Of a stretch of 64,000 nt of DNA, positions 49,481 to 61,775 are shown in pieces. Position 1 is the first letter of the stretch, and each line of letters opens with the position of its first letter. The notes under the pieces are model-generated. The model made no database searches. It was given only the letters and a program-made list of their open reading frames with translations, and was not told the origin of the DNA. A program made the translations under genes and the position numbers. Origin of the DNA: Octopus sinensis (Eukaryota); NCBI RefSeq assembly GCF_006345805.1, contig NC_043014.1:29512001-29576000 (forward strand). Reading direction: 5' to 3'.

Positions 49481-50796
49481 AAATGCACTCTTAAAACTTG
49501 CACTATGAATAAGGACAAGATAAAATTACTACCTGCTTTTATAGCAAGTTATATAAGTAGTTTATCCCATTCCCCTCTGACTTTTAGTTCAAGCGGTTGA
49601 AAAAAACGCATTATATATATATATTACATACATTACATACATACATATACACACACTCTCTCTCTCACACACATGCACACATTTATATTCTGTTATTCTT
49701 TTATATGTTTCAGCTTGAGGTTGTGGCCATGCTGGATCATGTGTGTGTGTGTGTGTGTGTCTATCTGTCTGTCTGTCTGTATGTATATATGTATATGTAT
49801 GTGTGTGAATAATAATATTTTCAACAGATGTGTTGCAAATGTATCTGATTGTTCTCAAGCTTCAAATTTACTCTCTTCCAAGAACATTTTCACTCACTCT
49901 TATTTGTTAGCTTCCCATACATTTTACTCATGTATCTATCAGCGTTCATGGACAGTAACAAATATTACATCTGGTTTCATTTTATTCGTTACTCAGTGTG
50001 TGTGTGCGTTTGCGTGTGCTGTAAACCAGACTAAGAAAAGCATTTGACACACACACCAGAATGTGAGTTTTCTGTAAATTTTGCTTAATTGGAGTAAATT
50101 TTAAAAACTGGAGCTGGCATGACGCGATGCATTGTACTCTTAAAATTGCTAGGTAAATTGTAATTGAAGAAATCCTATATTGTAGATTTGTATAACTCCC
50201 AAAGGGAGGCAGATAAAATCTGCCTTTTATAATAAGAGATGCGTGTGAGTGTGTGTGTTTGTGTGTATATGTATGATTGTGCGTGAATGTGTATGCGTAA
50301 AACAAAAACTAATCAAAATATATTAAATAACAAAGATAAATTTTTGGTTTGCTATATTTCCAAAGAGGGTAAACCAATCGCTTGGTGACATTTAGTACCA
50401 AGAATCGAGAATTTTCCAAAATTGACATGTCATTAAGGAAAGCATAATTTGGTTGTCTGAAGAGCAAAGGACGGCTGTGGACTCGGTTTTATTTCAACAG
50501 GCGTCATCAGCGCAAAAGTTGCCTCACTTATCTTCGGAAGTTTGGACATCTTGACATATACAGAAATGAAAACATACTTATGGACGAGGTAATTTGAAAA
50601 GGGAAGTAAAAGAAAGAACTTAAACTGAAGTATTTCAAAAATACAAGAATTTATCTTCTATGGTATTTAGTATATATAAATTTGTGTTTGTTGTCCTAAT
50701 ATATGCAACAGACCAGTTATTTTCCTAAGCACAGTTATTTCCCACACACATATGCAAGTATACGAAAGCGGAATAAAACGGGAGATTCGGTTAAAA

Positions 50797-51160
50797 TCTC
50801 TCTATATATAAACGGCAAAATGTCTGCGTGTGTGTCCTTTATACAAATCCACAATTTTTCAGTTAGAGGGCTCGCACCTTCAATGGTCATTCAAAGCCAT
50901 CCAAGGGTGGTCGTGCACATCTTTATATTTCCCCAGTCACCCCGCAATGCCATTAAAAAATCAATAGAAGTGACTTTTTTGTGAATTTTCTATCCAAAAC
51001 CCAATCAAAGTGCTCGAAACTTGATACACCAATTGAATGCCAGCTAGCTGTATGTGATTGGTCGGAGATTTGGACAGTACTCGCGTGTATGTGCGCACGC
51101 ACGCAGCTGTATATGCATGCACTAGCACTATGACCCGGCGTTGCCGGGTCATAGCGCTAG
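50797..51160 (+). mobile_element. Complete non-autonomous Helitron (364 bp) with palindromic 3' end
   Basis: A|TCTCTCTATATATAAA start; ends ..CCCGGC gtt GCCGGG..CTAG|T. Confidence 0.8.
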
Positions 51161-51334
51161 TTATGTTATAAAATCATAAATTTCATAACATTTACACTTG
51201 TTTCGCTTGTTTATCCGTGTATGTTATGAAGTAATCATTATATAGACGATTGCATAATTACGCTAGATCACAAGATTTGCATAAATGTAAAATGAATGTT
51301 ATTAATAATCGTGGCACAACAGAACAGCATGCTC

Positions 51335-51455
51335 ATGGAACTAACGCGCAAGTGGCTGAGGACTCCACAAACACGTGTACCCTTAATGTAGTTCTCAGGG
51401 AGATTCAGCGTGGCACAGAGTGTGACAAGGCTGGCTCCTTGAAATACAGGTACAA
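51335..51455 (-). mobile_element. SINE family D/A tail fragment
   Basis: CAAGTGGCTGAGGACTCCAC..GGGAGATTCAGCGTG..GACAAGGCTGG matches 29870-29970. Confidence 0.75.
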
Positions 51456-51727
51456 GGGAAACTGCGATACTACGACCGAGAGTCTGCTGCTCTAACCACT
51501 GGGGTCATTGCACCTCCATGTAATTAAGAACAGATTATACATATATATGGGTATTTTGATTGGGCACTATTGTTGCTGCTGGCTTCTGTTGCTTCCGGAG
51601 TAAGAGGGGGAGAGAAAGAGAATTTACTGAGTGATAAGAGAGAAGGTGACTATTCCCTTTAAGGAGAAACACTTCGAGGGTTATTTTTTTACATATTTAA
51701 AACATACGTACATATATATATATATAT

Positions 51728-51787
<60 letters not shown>

Positions 51788-51788
51788 G

Positions 51789-51848
<60 letters not shown>

Positions 51849-51860
51849 GTATGTTGTATA

Positions 51861-51894
<34 letters not shown>

Positions 51895-51905
51895 CATATA
51901 TACAT

Positions 51906-51936
51906 GTCTTCGTCTTTTGTTTTTTTCCGTAAACTC

Positions 51937-51979
<43 letters not shown>

Positions 51980-52135
51980 AGAGTTTACGAAAAAATAAGA
52001 CGAAGACAGGTGGTGTACAAAACAAACAGATGTATTAGTATAACGCTGAGGAATAGAAAAAGTCTTTTACGTTTCGAGCCTACGCTCTTCTACAGAATGG
52101 GACACAGAAAAAAAAACAAGGAGAGAAAAAATAGG
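51906..52135 (-). mobile_element. pLTR family 1 (minus) joined tail-to-tail to an inverted partial pLTR across (TA)n
   Basis: 51906-51940 (+) and 51977-52007 (-) are the same pLTR terminus. Confidence 0.75.
52063..52100 (-). ncRNA. Minimal hammerhead-like motif, pLTR family 1 copy 4
   Basis: Minus strand CCATT-CTGTAGAA-GAGC gtag GCTC-GAAA-CGT-A-AAAGA; helix I imperfect. Confidence 0.5.
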
Positions 52136-52297
52136 CTCCTTGCCCCAGAAAAGAAAAGATTCGGCTGCTATTTCTTGCACTCCCTGCTACCGTGTAACAG
52201 GTATTTTGGGTGCTTTATCGCAAATAGCTATTACGTGGTAGCAGGGTGTGCTAGAACTATCAGTCAAATGTCAGGAGGTAAGATACGTTGAATACAC

Positions 52298-52405
52298 TCA
52301 TATGTAATAGTCCAATGGATTGAGATCTGAGGAATTTGGAGGCCAGATGTTAGGAGTTATATGATCATAAAAATGTTCACCCATCCATTCCTGTGTTACT
52401 AGAGG
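52298..52405 (-). mobile_element. Tc1/mariner transposase catalytic-domain fragment
   Basis: TQEWMGEHFYDHITPNIWPPNSSDLNPLDYY (WPPxSPDLNPLDY motif). Confidence 0.7.
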
Positions 52406-52414
52406 TATGTGTGA

Positions 52415-52571
52415 TATACATACATACATACATACATACATACATTCATACATACATACATACATACATACATACATACATACATACATGTATGCATGCA
52501 TGTATGCATGCATGCATGCATGCATACATACATACATACATACATACATAATACATACATGCATGCATGCA

Positions 52572-52605
<34 letters not shown>

Positions 52606-52635
52606 CATACATACATACATACATACATACATACA

Positions 52636-52667
<32 letters not shown>

Positions 52668-52672
52668 CATAC
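52415..52672. repeat. (TACA)n/(TGCA)n array
   Basis: Direct reading. Confidence 0.97.
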
Positions 52673-52729
52673 ATAATGAATATAGTCATGTATGGATGAA
52701 CCAGAGATAAAACAGGTATGGGACGATCA

Positions 52730-53270
52730 CAAAACAAGTTGTTGCCACAAGCAATGGTGAGAAACATTAGGTAGGCTGATGACCGGGAAAGACAGAGAGG
52801 GTAAGTATCTTGTGTGCCTACGGCCTTCTAGGTTACGAATTTTGAAGGTGTTGAATTGATGAAAGCCAATGTGTGAGTAATTTAAATAGCTATTGAGAAT
52901 TCGATGGTTGTGAGAATCTGACAAGAGAGACAGATGTAGATGTTGTAATTGGATGGATAGATGATTGTGGAATGGATGTTTGCGACTGGTTGAATGATCT
53001 TGGATGAATGTTCCGTTGGTTATGTGGGATAAGGTGGACGACATTTGCTTCCGAATCGAATTTTTGATTGAATGGATGAAGGTTTTAAAACATAGGACTT
53101 TTATTTGCCCTTTTAATGAACCGCATTCAATTTGAATACACTCTTTCCACCTGCCATATTAATGCAATGTGCGTATGGTAAATCTCTCATCCAGCAGATT
53201 GTAAGGATACCATCAAAATGCTATCTTCATGTAGTAATGTAGTTGTACGATATCTTGGGCAAACTGGCCA
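52730..53270 (-). mobile_element. Possible degraded Penelope GIY-YIG region
   Basis: CIQIECG.. and SRKHPFHNHLSIQLQHLHLSLL..FNTFKIRNL resemble decayed GIY-YIG motifs; same strand as the pLTR at 52135. Confidence 0.4.
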
Positions 53271-53569
53271 GGTAAAATACTCTCTCTATCTCTCTTTCTC
53301 CCCCCCCCCTCTCTCTCTGCTATAAGCTCATGAGTAATTAAACTCAGCACTGCAAGCAAATTTTACAGTGCTGCTATCAGTGAGTTCAGTTGTTACTTAT
53401 TGGTATCTGAAATATTTTAGAATTAAACATATAAACCTTTAATGTAGAATTAAATATATTGACTAGTGGTTAGCTTAATCCCATTCATTGAGTACCAGTG
53501 ATTTCAAACACAGAGACAATTGAAATAATAGACATGGCACGATTTAGACAATATCAAATACAAAGCAGT

Positions 53570-53586
53570 TGTTGTTGTTGTTGTTG

Positions 53587-53637
<51 letters not shown>

Positions 53638-53665
53638 GTTGTTGTTGCTGCTGCTGCTTCTGCTA
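53570..53665. repeat. (GTT)n(GCT)n microsatellite
   Basis: Direct reading. Confidence 0.95.
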
Positions 53666-53984
53666 CTATTTAACCCAAGTAATTCCTAATGCATCAAATT
53701 TATAATTAACGGTACCACAGCTATAACCTTCCTGCTTTTTTCTTCAAAGAAAATGTATCTAAAAAGTACAAAAGTAATATTGCAACGCCCTTCCGTTTTT
53801 CATTCCTTCTCTATTTTCTTACTTACGTTATTTGTGGAAGATTTGGTTGCTATTTCTAACTCATGGAACAAACAGTCATGCCCTTTTCCTGATTACGTAA
53901 ACAGGTCAGAATATTTCTCTTCAGCACATCTGACTTTATTTGACAAATACGTATACTTACAAGCAGTTCATACATTCCGTTCTA

Positions 53985-54180
53985 ATTACTGAGCCCAACG
54001 CGTCGGCCAAAATAGCAGTGTTTCTTCCGGCTCTTTATGTACTGAGCTCCAAACCCGCCGAGATCAGCTCTGCCTTTCATCCTTTCGGGATTGATAAAAT
54101 AAGGTACCACTCAAATATTGAGGTCGATGTGATAAACTAAGCCTCTTCCCCTAAAATGTCTGGTTCTGGAGCAATTTATA
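53985..54180 (+). mobile_element. SINE family C, old copy
   Basis: GCCGAGATCAGCTCTGCCTTTCATCCTTTCGGGATTGATAAAATAAGGTACC core. Confidence 0.7.
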
Positions 54181-55548
54181 ATTAGTAGACACGCCCTTTT
54201 ACGATACTTACATTTGTGGGAGCGTTTTCTGTGTTAATTACTTTAAGAAAGTATGCTTGTTTGTCATGGCTGAAAGTAGACGCGCTCCTTCGGAACCGCA
54301 ATACATCGTATTCATAATATTAAAAATGAATCAAATCATTCCAGTAAAACCTGAGCAAGACCTTATGAAACTGATTTATAATGCGGGGACAAGCCCGGTT
54401 CAGACAGTATTCGCTAGACACGCCTTTTTCATTTGAGTAGCGTCTGAAATATTTATTCTGAGCTCATTTGAAAAACACGCCCATTTTCTTTTTTCTCAGC
54501 CGAAACATTTCTTCCTATTTTACATTGATAGAAATTCTCATTTTCGCACTTTAAATTTATAAACATATTCCTTTTCTGACTTATACTCACTTATCCTCGG
54601 AAACACCAGATATTACGGAGTGCATTATAATATATTTTACTGGCAATCTTCTAAACTCCCAGAGTCCTTCGATTCAGCTTCAATTTTCACATGGTCCATC
54701 TGTTTCACTTTGTTTATTCCTTCTAAGTGCAATTTCCGGCTAAAATTAGTATCAAATTATAAATAACTTAGAGATGGGGGTTCCACCAATCTTAACGTGA
54801 CCTTTGACGCACAACATGAACAGGAATAATTCACTGGTGAACCAATTTGAATAGATGCTAAAACTAGCAGATCCTTTATAATTTACTGATGGGGAAACAA
54901 TAACAGCAACTAGTGTCGCTGCTACTGTTGCAACTGCTTTTGCCGCTGTTGAATGATTTTTATTTTAGTCAGTGTGGTGAGAGAGGTAGAGTTTATTGAT
55001 TTTTTTTATTTTTTTAGCACCACCACCACTCACTACTAAACTGGAGTGAGTGGCATTAGACAGTTGAAGTCTTAACAGAGTTTCGTGTGACTACTTAGCT
55101 AACGGTCGAAGATAAAAGTTGAACAGGAGAAAGAGACGAAGGTGGTGGCTATCCTGCAGAAGGAGGATCGGATTAAAGTGTTCAGTGTTAAGCCGAGAGA
55201 GGCATGAGATAGGAATATTAGTAATGGAAAACAAGGATGAAGCAAGTACCAGTAATATTCTTAGATAGATTTCCGATCTTGTTCCAAAGTTAGAAATTTT
55301 ATTATTCAGTTTGACATGACGTTAATATTTTCAAATGTTACACTTTAAATACCTTTAGATAATCAAAATCTTTAAAATTATGAAACAAGTTCCAGTGTTA
55401 CACAACTTTAACTAAATCGAATTCTTTAACATAATGAATCAAAATTATGAAGAGCTATAAATGAATGCATCAGAATAGAAATAAGAAAAAATCACAAAAG
55501 GTAGAATTTGGCGGGATGCTCAGAGGTACGATGATGAATGTTTACAGT

Positions 55549-55760
55549 AAGGCGATGAGCTGGCAGGGTCGTAAACACGCCAGGCAAAACGCTTAGCGGT
55601 ATCTCGTCCGTTTTTACGTTCTGAGTTCAAAGCCGGACTCGGCTTCGCCTTTCAGAATCGGTGAAATAAGTATCAGTTGAGCACTGGGATCGATGCAATG
55701 GACAAGCCTCCATCTCACAAAAATTTCAGGCCTTGTGCCTGTAGCAGAAAAGATTATTAA
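55549..55760 (+). mobile_element. SINE family C
   Basis: AAGGCGATGAGCTGGCAG..GCTTAGCGGTAT..CTGAGTTCAAA; homologous to 58178; another decayed copy at about 55880-56035. Confidence 0.8.
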
Positions 55761-58177
55761 TGTTTAAAGTCACTTTTTTTCAGTAGGTGTTATACTGCCT
55801 CTTAAATGTAACAGGGACTCTAAATTATCCAAAGCACTTTCTCTAATCGCAAAAACTAAAGAATACTTGGTTCTTTTCCTATACATTCCAAGTTCGAACC
55901 CACCAGATGAATTTCGGCTTTCATGCTTACCGAGTCGGTAAATTATGGTGTTAGTTATTAAGTATAGAGTAGATTTAATTAACTATGCAATCCCCTTCCA
56001 CTCACAAAAGTCTTGTACTTCTATCAGAAATATTTATTAGCATAGATGTTGTTCTTACGGTACATGTTTCTTTTTTAAGCCATACTATCGCTAATAACAA
56101 TAGTGATAATTTGGTGATATATTCGTGTTGTTCGTGTTTCGGTGGTGGGGGAGGGGCTGAGAAACCGTGAGGGAGAGAGATAAACTGAAGACAATGTCTC
56201 CTACTAACCTCTACAAATAAGGTGAATCAAAACTCACGCAATCTTTAAAGGAAACCATTTCACTAAAGTAATGAAAAAACTTGTTTGTAAGGTCAGTCAT
56301 TTACTCTGAAGGAAGTGTAAGAGAGAGAGAAAGAGTGACAGACAGGCAGTGAGACAGATAGGGAAAGAGAGAGGGGGTGTATAGAGGGTAAAATGGTGGT
56401 GGTGGTGGTGGTGGTGGGGGAGGGAGACAATTGACATTGGCAAATGGAGTTGGCATATGGTCGCTCAACCTGCTGAAAATAAATGCTAAAATAATCCAAA
56501 ATCACAGCTTACTGTATAAAATAAGGTTATATATACAATGACACGACTCCGTGTGTGTGTATATGTGTGTGTGTGGGGGTGTGTACTTTGACAAAAATAT
56601 ATACATACACCAATATACACATACACAGGGACACACATATATACATACTCACACACAAGCGAACACACACACACACATACTCACTCACACAAATGCACAT
56701 TTGTACATACAAAAATGTAATTATATGTTTATTATATCTTTCGAATGCATCCAACTAGCAAGATCTATTATAAATACTTGCGGAAACACCGCCCTCCGAG
56801 TGATTTTCTAATATTCATTATAGTTCGGATGAATATGGGTGTGTTGTGTTATGGTGGTGGTGGTGGTGGTGGAGGCGTGTGTGTATACATATATATATGT
56901 ATATTTATTTATATATGTGTGTGTGTGTGTATTCATACACGTGCGTACGTGCATTGCATATACTCGCGAACGAGGGACGAAAGAAGATTATTAGAGCATT
57001 TTGCATAGTTTGCTGGAGTTTTTTTTTCAATCTTTTAAATTATCCTAATAATTTCTGAAAATAATTTTTCTACAATCGCTCAGGTAAAGGCAATTCATTC
57101 TGGAAATTGTGGTGCATGTATATTAAGATCCTTGTTATTGAGAAAAGTCTTTGTGCCTACGTCGTATATTCTTGTTACGACCAAGTATATATCAATCATG
57201 CTTTTTATGTCATACAATATAGCCTTTATTTGAAATAATTTTAAGGAAAACATACGAATCATTTAAAAGTTTGTCAGATCAATTATTCCATGCCTAATGT
57301 CATGCTCCTCAGTACAGTTTATTTCATCATGTGTATGACAACAGTGATAACGGCATATTGTATGTAGCTAATGTTGGTATAGGTTTCCGTGTAGCAATTT
57401 TGGGACCAGTATTTGGAAAATATGTGATCGTATAGGCAAATTCATAATGTTCCCAACATAATCAATACATCTTAATTTGCCAACGACGATGACATCGGCG
57501 GCGGCGAGGTGGATGATGGCAACGTCGAAAATCTTATGATCATCATAATTAGATCGAATTAACCTTATGAAAACATTGAATTCACCTTATGAAGGTGATG
57601 TATCTTTCGTCCGTTTGGATGATAATATACATTCAATCATTCAACCAATTGACCTTACTCGTTAAAGTAACAATAAGTGATTGAAAAATGGTCAGTCATA
57701 TGTACCCTTAACGTAACGCGCCGGCTGAATAGATGTCACACAATATTAAATTCAGAGGTACAACCCATCAAACGGATTTCCCAACAATGTTTGTTCACCC
57801 AGTTTCATTCAGGAGGCTTGGACCAACTCGAAGCTTCGATGCTTCAAGGTATGATGCATGTCCAAAATGCTATGCTGTGAGATATATCTCAAAACTTCAA
57901 TACAGTAAAGTGAAATTCTAAAACACTCGGATGTAAGTGTTCAGAGACGAAGTTGGTTATGTAAAAACTCTGAAGAACTTGCCTCCAAGTAGTTATTAGC
58001 ACCATTGAATAACAGCTATTCCCATAGTACATAACTATGTGTATACTATATACATATACAGGCACACACACTCGCGCGCGCGCGTATAGTGTATGTGTAT
58101 ATATATACATATATATATGTTTGTGTATTTGTGTGTATATTCATACACATGTATATATATATATTATACAAACATAT

Positions 58178-58300
58178 GAAGGCGGCGAGCTGGCAGAAAC
58201 GTTAGCGCGCCGGGCGAAATGCTTAGCGGTATTTCGTCTGTCGTTACGTTCTGAATTCAAATTCCGCCGAGGTCGACTTTACCTTTCATCCTTTAGGGGT
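58178..58300 (+). mobile_element. SINE family C, young 5' part
   Basis: GAAGGCGGCGAGCTGGCAGAAACGTTAGC..GAATTCAAATTCCGCCGAGGTCGACTTT. Confidence 0.9.
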
Positions 58301-58803
58301 CCATCCATCCATACAGACATACATCCATCCATCCATCCATCCATCCATCCATTCATCCATACATATGATGTAGTGTTCAGTTATTGGTGGGATCAAAAAA
58401 AGAGTACTTCACCCAGAGAGAGATAGATATTAGATATACACAAGATTTAAATTCGAACTACTTATTAGTTCCATGCTGTGAAACCACGATGGTCGGACAA
58501 GCTTGTATAGCGTGCCATGTGTTTCCAAACAATCTTTCAGATACAAATATGAAACAGACTCCTTTTTTGCTTTTTACTCAAAGATCATTCTGGTGTATAT
58601 CTATGTTGGGAAACATGCGGCAAGCTCTGCGAACATTTCCAACTATCGTTTTTTTACAGCATGAAGCTAAAAGCCCGGATTTAAATATTGTGCATAGGAA
58701 ATGATGTGCGTGTGAGGGGAGAGGGGGGGGAGGGAGAAAGAGAGGATGATAGACAGACAAACCAATAAATGGATAAGTAGATACATAGGTGAAGATAGAT
58801 AGG

Positions 58804-58849
<46 letters not shown>

Positions 58850-58937
58850 GATAGATATAGACATATATATACAGATATGGTATATACATGCATACATGCA
58901 TACTTGCACACAAACACGCACAGACACACACACACGC

Positions 58938-59031
<94 letters not shown>

Positions 59032-59089
59032 GTTATTCAAACAATTTTCGTTTCTCGTTATGTTATCCTCATCCATTTATATGTAAATG

Positions 59090-59365
59090 TGTCTGAGTGT
59101 GTGTGTGTGTGTGTGTATGTGTGTGTGTGTGTGCGTGTGCGTGTGTGTGTATGTGATTGTGTGTACATGCATATGTAAAGAGAAAATGAGAATAACAACA
59201 AGAGTGGGATAGAGAGGAAGAGAGAGACAGAGAGAGAGAGAGAGAGAGCATAGATCAGCTGCTTATTATGCAACTGACCTATGTTCTTCAATGGTGGAGG
59301 AGGCCGGGTATAGCTTCTGTGAGACACGTTGAACAAACTGTGCAAGTCCGTCAGGAGACTCGTTT
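59090..59365 (+). repeat. TIR-less copy of the interior of the adjacent MITE
   Basis: Collinear with 59660-59890 (GTAAAGAGAAAATGAGAATAACA..CATAGATCAGCTGCT..GTTCTTCAATGGTGGAGGAGGCCGGG..CAAGTCC). Confidence 0.85.
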
Positions 59366-59509
59366 CTTTTTTTTTCTTTATACTTCAGTAATACGGAATG
59401 AATGTATTCACATTCATATTTAACCCAGAAAGGGGCTATATAATATTTAAATTTATTTAAGTACTTTTGATTTTACTGTGCTGTGCATATGTGTGTATGT
59501 GGAGCGCGC

Positions 59510-59543
<34 letters not shown>

Positions 59544-59548
<5 letters not shown>

Positions 59549-59729
59549 GGGTAGGCCAGTTTATGGGGTTACCCTGGATTTCTCGCTCATAAGGGGTTTA
59601 GCCTTACGGCGTATTTTCAGATTCCAAACACTGTGTCTGAGAGAGAGAGAGAGAGAGAGAGAGTATGTATGTGTGTGTGCGTGCGTTGTGTGTGTGTGTG
59701 TGTGTGTGTAAAGAGAAAATGAGAATAAC

Positions 59730-59760
<31 letters not shown>

Positions 59761-59945
59761 GAGAGAGTGCATAGATCAGCTGCTCATAATGCAACTGACA
59801 TATTGACATATGTTCTTCAATGGTGGAGGAGGCCGGGCATAGCTTTTGTGAGATACGTTGAACAAACTGTTCAAGTCCATCAGGAGATACGCGAGAAACC
59901 CAGCGAGAAACCCAAGGTAACCCCATAAACCGGCCTACCCCACTA
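59544..59945. mobile_element. MITE with about 45-bp terminal inverted repeats
   Basis: ATAGTGGGGTAGGCCAGTTTATGGGGTTACCCTGG (59543-59577) vs reverse complement of 59912-59946: 2 mismatches; TA on both sides if termini are GTGGGG/CCCCAC. Confidence 0.85.
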
Positions 59946-60012
59946 TGATATTGGTTGCTCTACATCATAGAATGTGCTTCTCCTCCGGATTTATGGATTT
60001 CTACAAACGATC

Positions 60013-60046
<34 letters not shown>

Positions 60047-60555
60047 CTGTAGTCTCCTTTAAAGAGATTTAGAAATAATATTTCTATTTATAAAAGCAGA
60101 AAGTAACCAAAATAATAAAATTATTAATCTATAACCAGGTAACAAGATAGTACACAACATTGCTTGAAATAGGAGTCAAACAGCACAAGAACCTTAGTAA
60201 ATCACTTACATAGACACTGGTGAATTCGAGGAAAACGAGTATATAAAAAAACCACCTTACCAATTGCGAGTAAAGATCGCAAATAAGTTACAGACGTATT
60301 CATATCAAGTGGTTTCGGACCCTTGATAAACACTTAGTCTTCGTTAGTGAGTATTACTGCCGAGGGGTAAAATATTCGCATCACTATGAATGTATTGACC
60401 ATATGAATGCAGCGGCAATTACAAAATGATCGAATCGAATAAAACTAGAAAAATATATAATGATATTATTATTAATAAAATGATAATCTAAGCGGGCAAC
60501 ATCTTTATATATTTTTGTAATTTTATTCACTTCGATCATTTTGAAATTGCCATTT

Positions 60556-60664
<109 letters not shown>

Positions 60665-60739
60665 TATATATATATATACAGCTCTTTTTTTCGACAATGG
60701 AACTGCAACTGTAACATCCTACATATGTTTTTATTTCTT

Positions 60740-60848
60740 GACCACAAGTGGCCTGAACTCTTTACATGAACACCACCTGTACATAACTCCATGTCCCCCT
60801 ACATGGCCTTGCTTTTTACTTTTTGAGCCAAAGAATTAACTAACTAAC
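60740..60848 (+). mobile_element. 110-bp 3' end of the same LINE family as 24062 (duplicate at 62281-62390)
   Basis: CAAGTGGCCTGAACTCTTTACATGAACACC..CTCCATGTCCCCCTACATGGCCTTGC..(TAAC)n. Confidence 0.85.
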
Positions 60849-60951
60849 TTTTATTTTTATTCTCTTATTTCCCTTTATACTCCTATATCCACCCTTTTCC
60901 AGAATAACTCCTTTTATTGAACTCTACTATTTTCATCTATTTAACTCTCTC

Positions 60952-61007
60952 GTATCGTCTCTGATGAATGGATATCCCTAATATCCCAGAAACTACTGTA
61001 AGACTAC
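60952..61007 (+). ncRNA. Type I hammerhead ribozyme motif with canonical core
   Basis: GTA-tc-GTCT CTGATGA A TGGATAT cccta ATATCCCA GAAA C tact GT A AGAC TAC; predicted cleavage after A61000. Confidence 0.75.
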
Positions 61008-61034
61008 CTTTCTCTTTATAAATGTCCTATAATT

Positions 61035-61690
61035 TCCACACAGCGGTTCTTCTTCAGCTTACGGAACAACCAAAAGTCGCAGGGAACAAAGTATGGATTG
61101 TATGGAGGATGAGGGTCAGTCTTGATGCCTACCTGTCAAATAGTTGCAACCAGTCCGAGAGGAAGGGCTCAGACCTATTACGACTCAATCTCTTATTGAA
61201 CTCCCACAAAACCTCCACAAAGTACTCTTTGTTGACTGTCTGGTCAGTGGATGTAAATAGTGCCGTTGCTGTCGAAAAAAGGGATCATCATGAGCTCCTA
61301 GACTTGTTTTTTCTAGGGCCTTGGATCTGGTTGAGCCGGAATGCTTCCACTGGGCACATTGTCTATCGATCTCTGGGTCATAATGGTAGATACGGTTTTC
61401 GTTACGGGTCACTAAAGACTCAAGTACTCTTGGATTAGTGGTAATGAGCTCAACCATTTACCTAATGTCACCAACGCGAGTCTTTTCTTCACTGAGCTCT
61501 CTGGGAACAAACTGCACAAATTTTACGCATGTTCAGATCTTCATGAAGCATTCTACACACAGTTGCTTATTATCTTTATAAGCGCACCACGGCCTTCATT
61601 CAAGAAATTGCAAATTTTCTTAACCAGCCTTGTTTTCTGATGTACCTCTCCTTCCCATTACTTTTATCGTCTCTCATCTTCTGGAATGCA
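61035..61690 (-). mobile_element. Mariner transposase remnant
   Basis: LHEDLNMRK..VPRELSEE; LVTRNENRIYHYDPEIDRQCAQWKHSGS; PHPPYNP..PCDFWLFRKLK (YSPDLAPCDF-like). Confidence 0.9.
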
Positions 61691-61736
61691 CATTGTGTGT
61701 GTGTATGTGTGTGTGTATGTGTGTGTGTATGTGTGC

Positions 61737-61775
<39 letters not shown>

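Noticed and set aside
52771-52821. GTAGG-CTGATGA-CCGG-GAAA..CCTAC
   Set aside because: Helix II has no loop, the triplet is GUG (H17 cannot be G) and helix III does not pair; likely chance
60260-60320. Minus-strand exon-like patch (GPKPLDMNTSVTYLRSLLAI, TTG/GTAAGT); similar patch at 54211-54268
   Set aside because: Good donors but mediocre acceptors, no recognisable homology and no phase-consistent chain; within chance expectation
61022-61438. 138-aa plus-strand ORF present twice
   Set aside because: Antisense shadow of the mariner remnant; its recurrence is due to the tandem duplication
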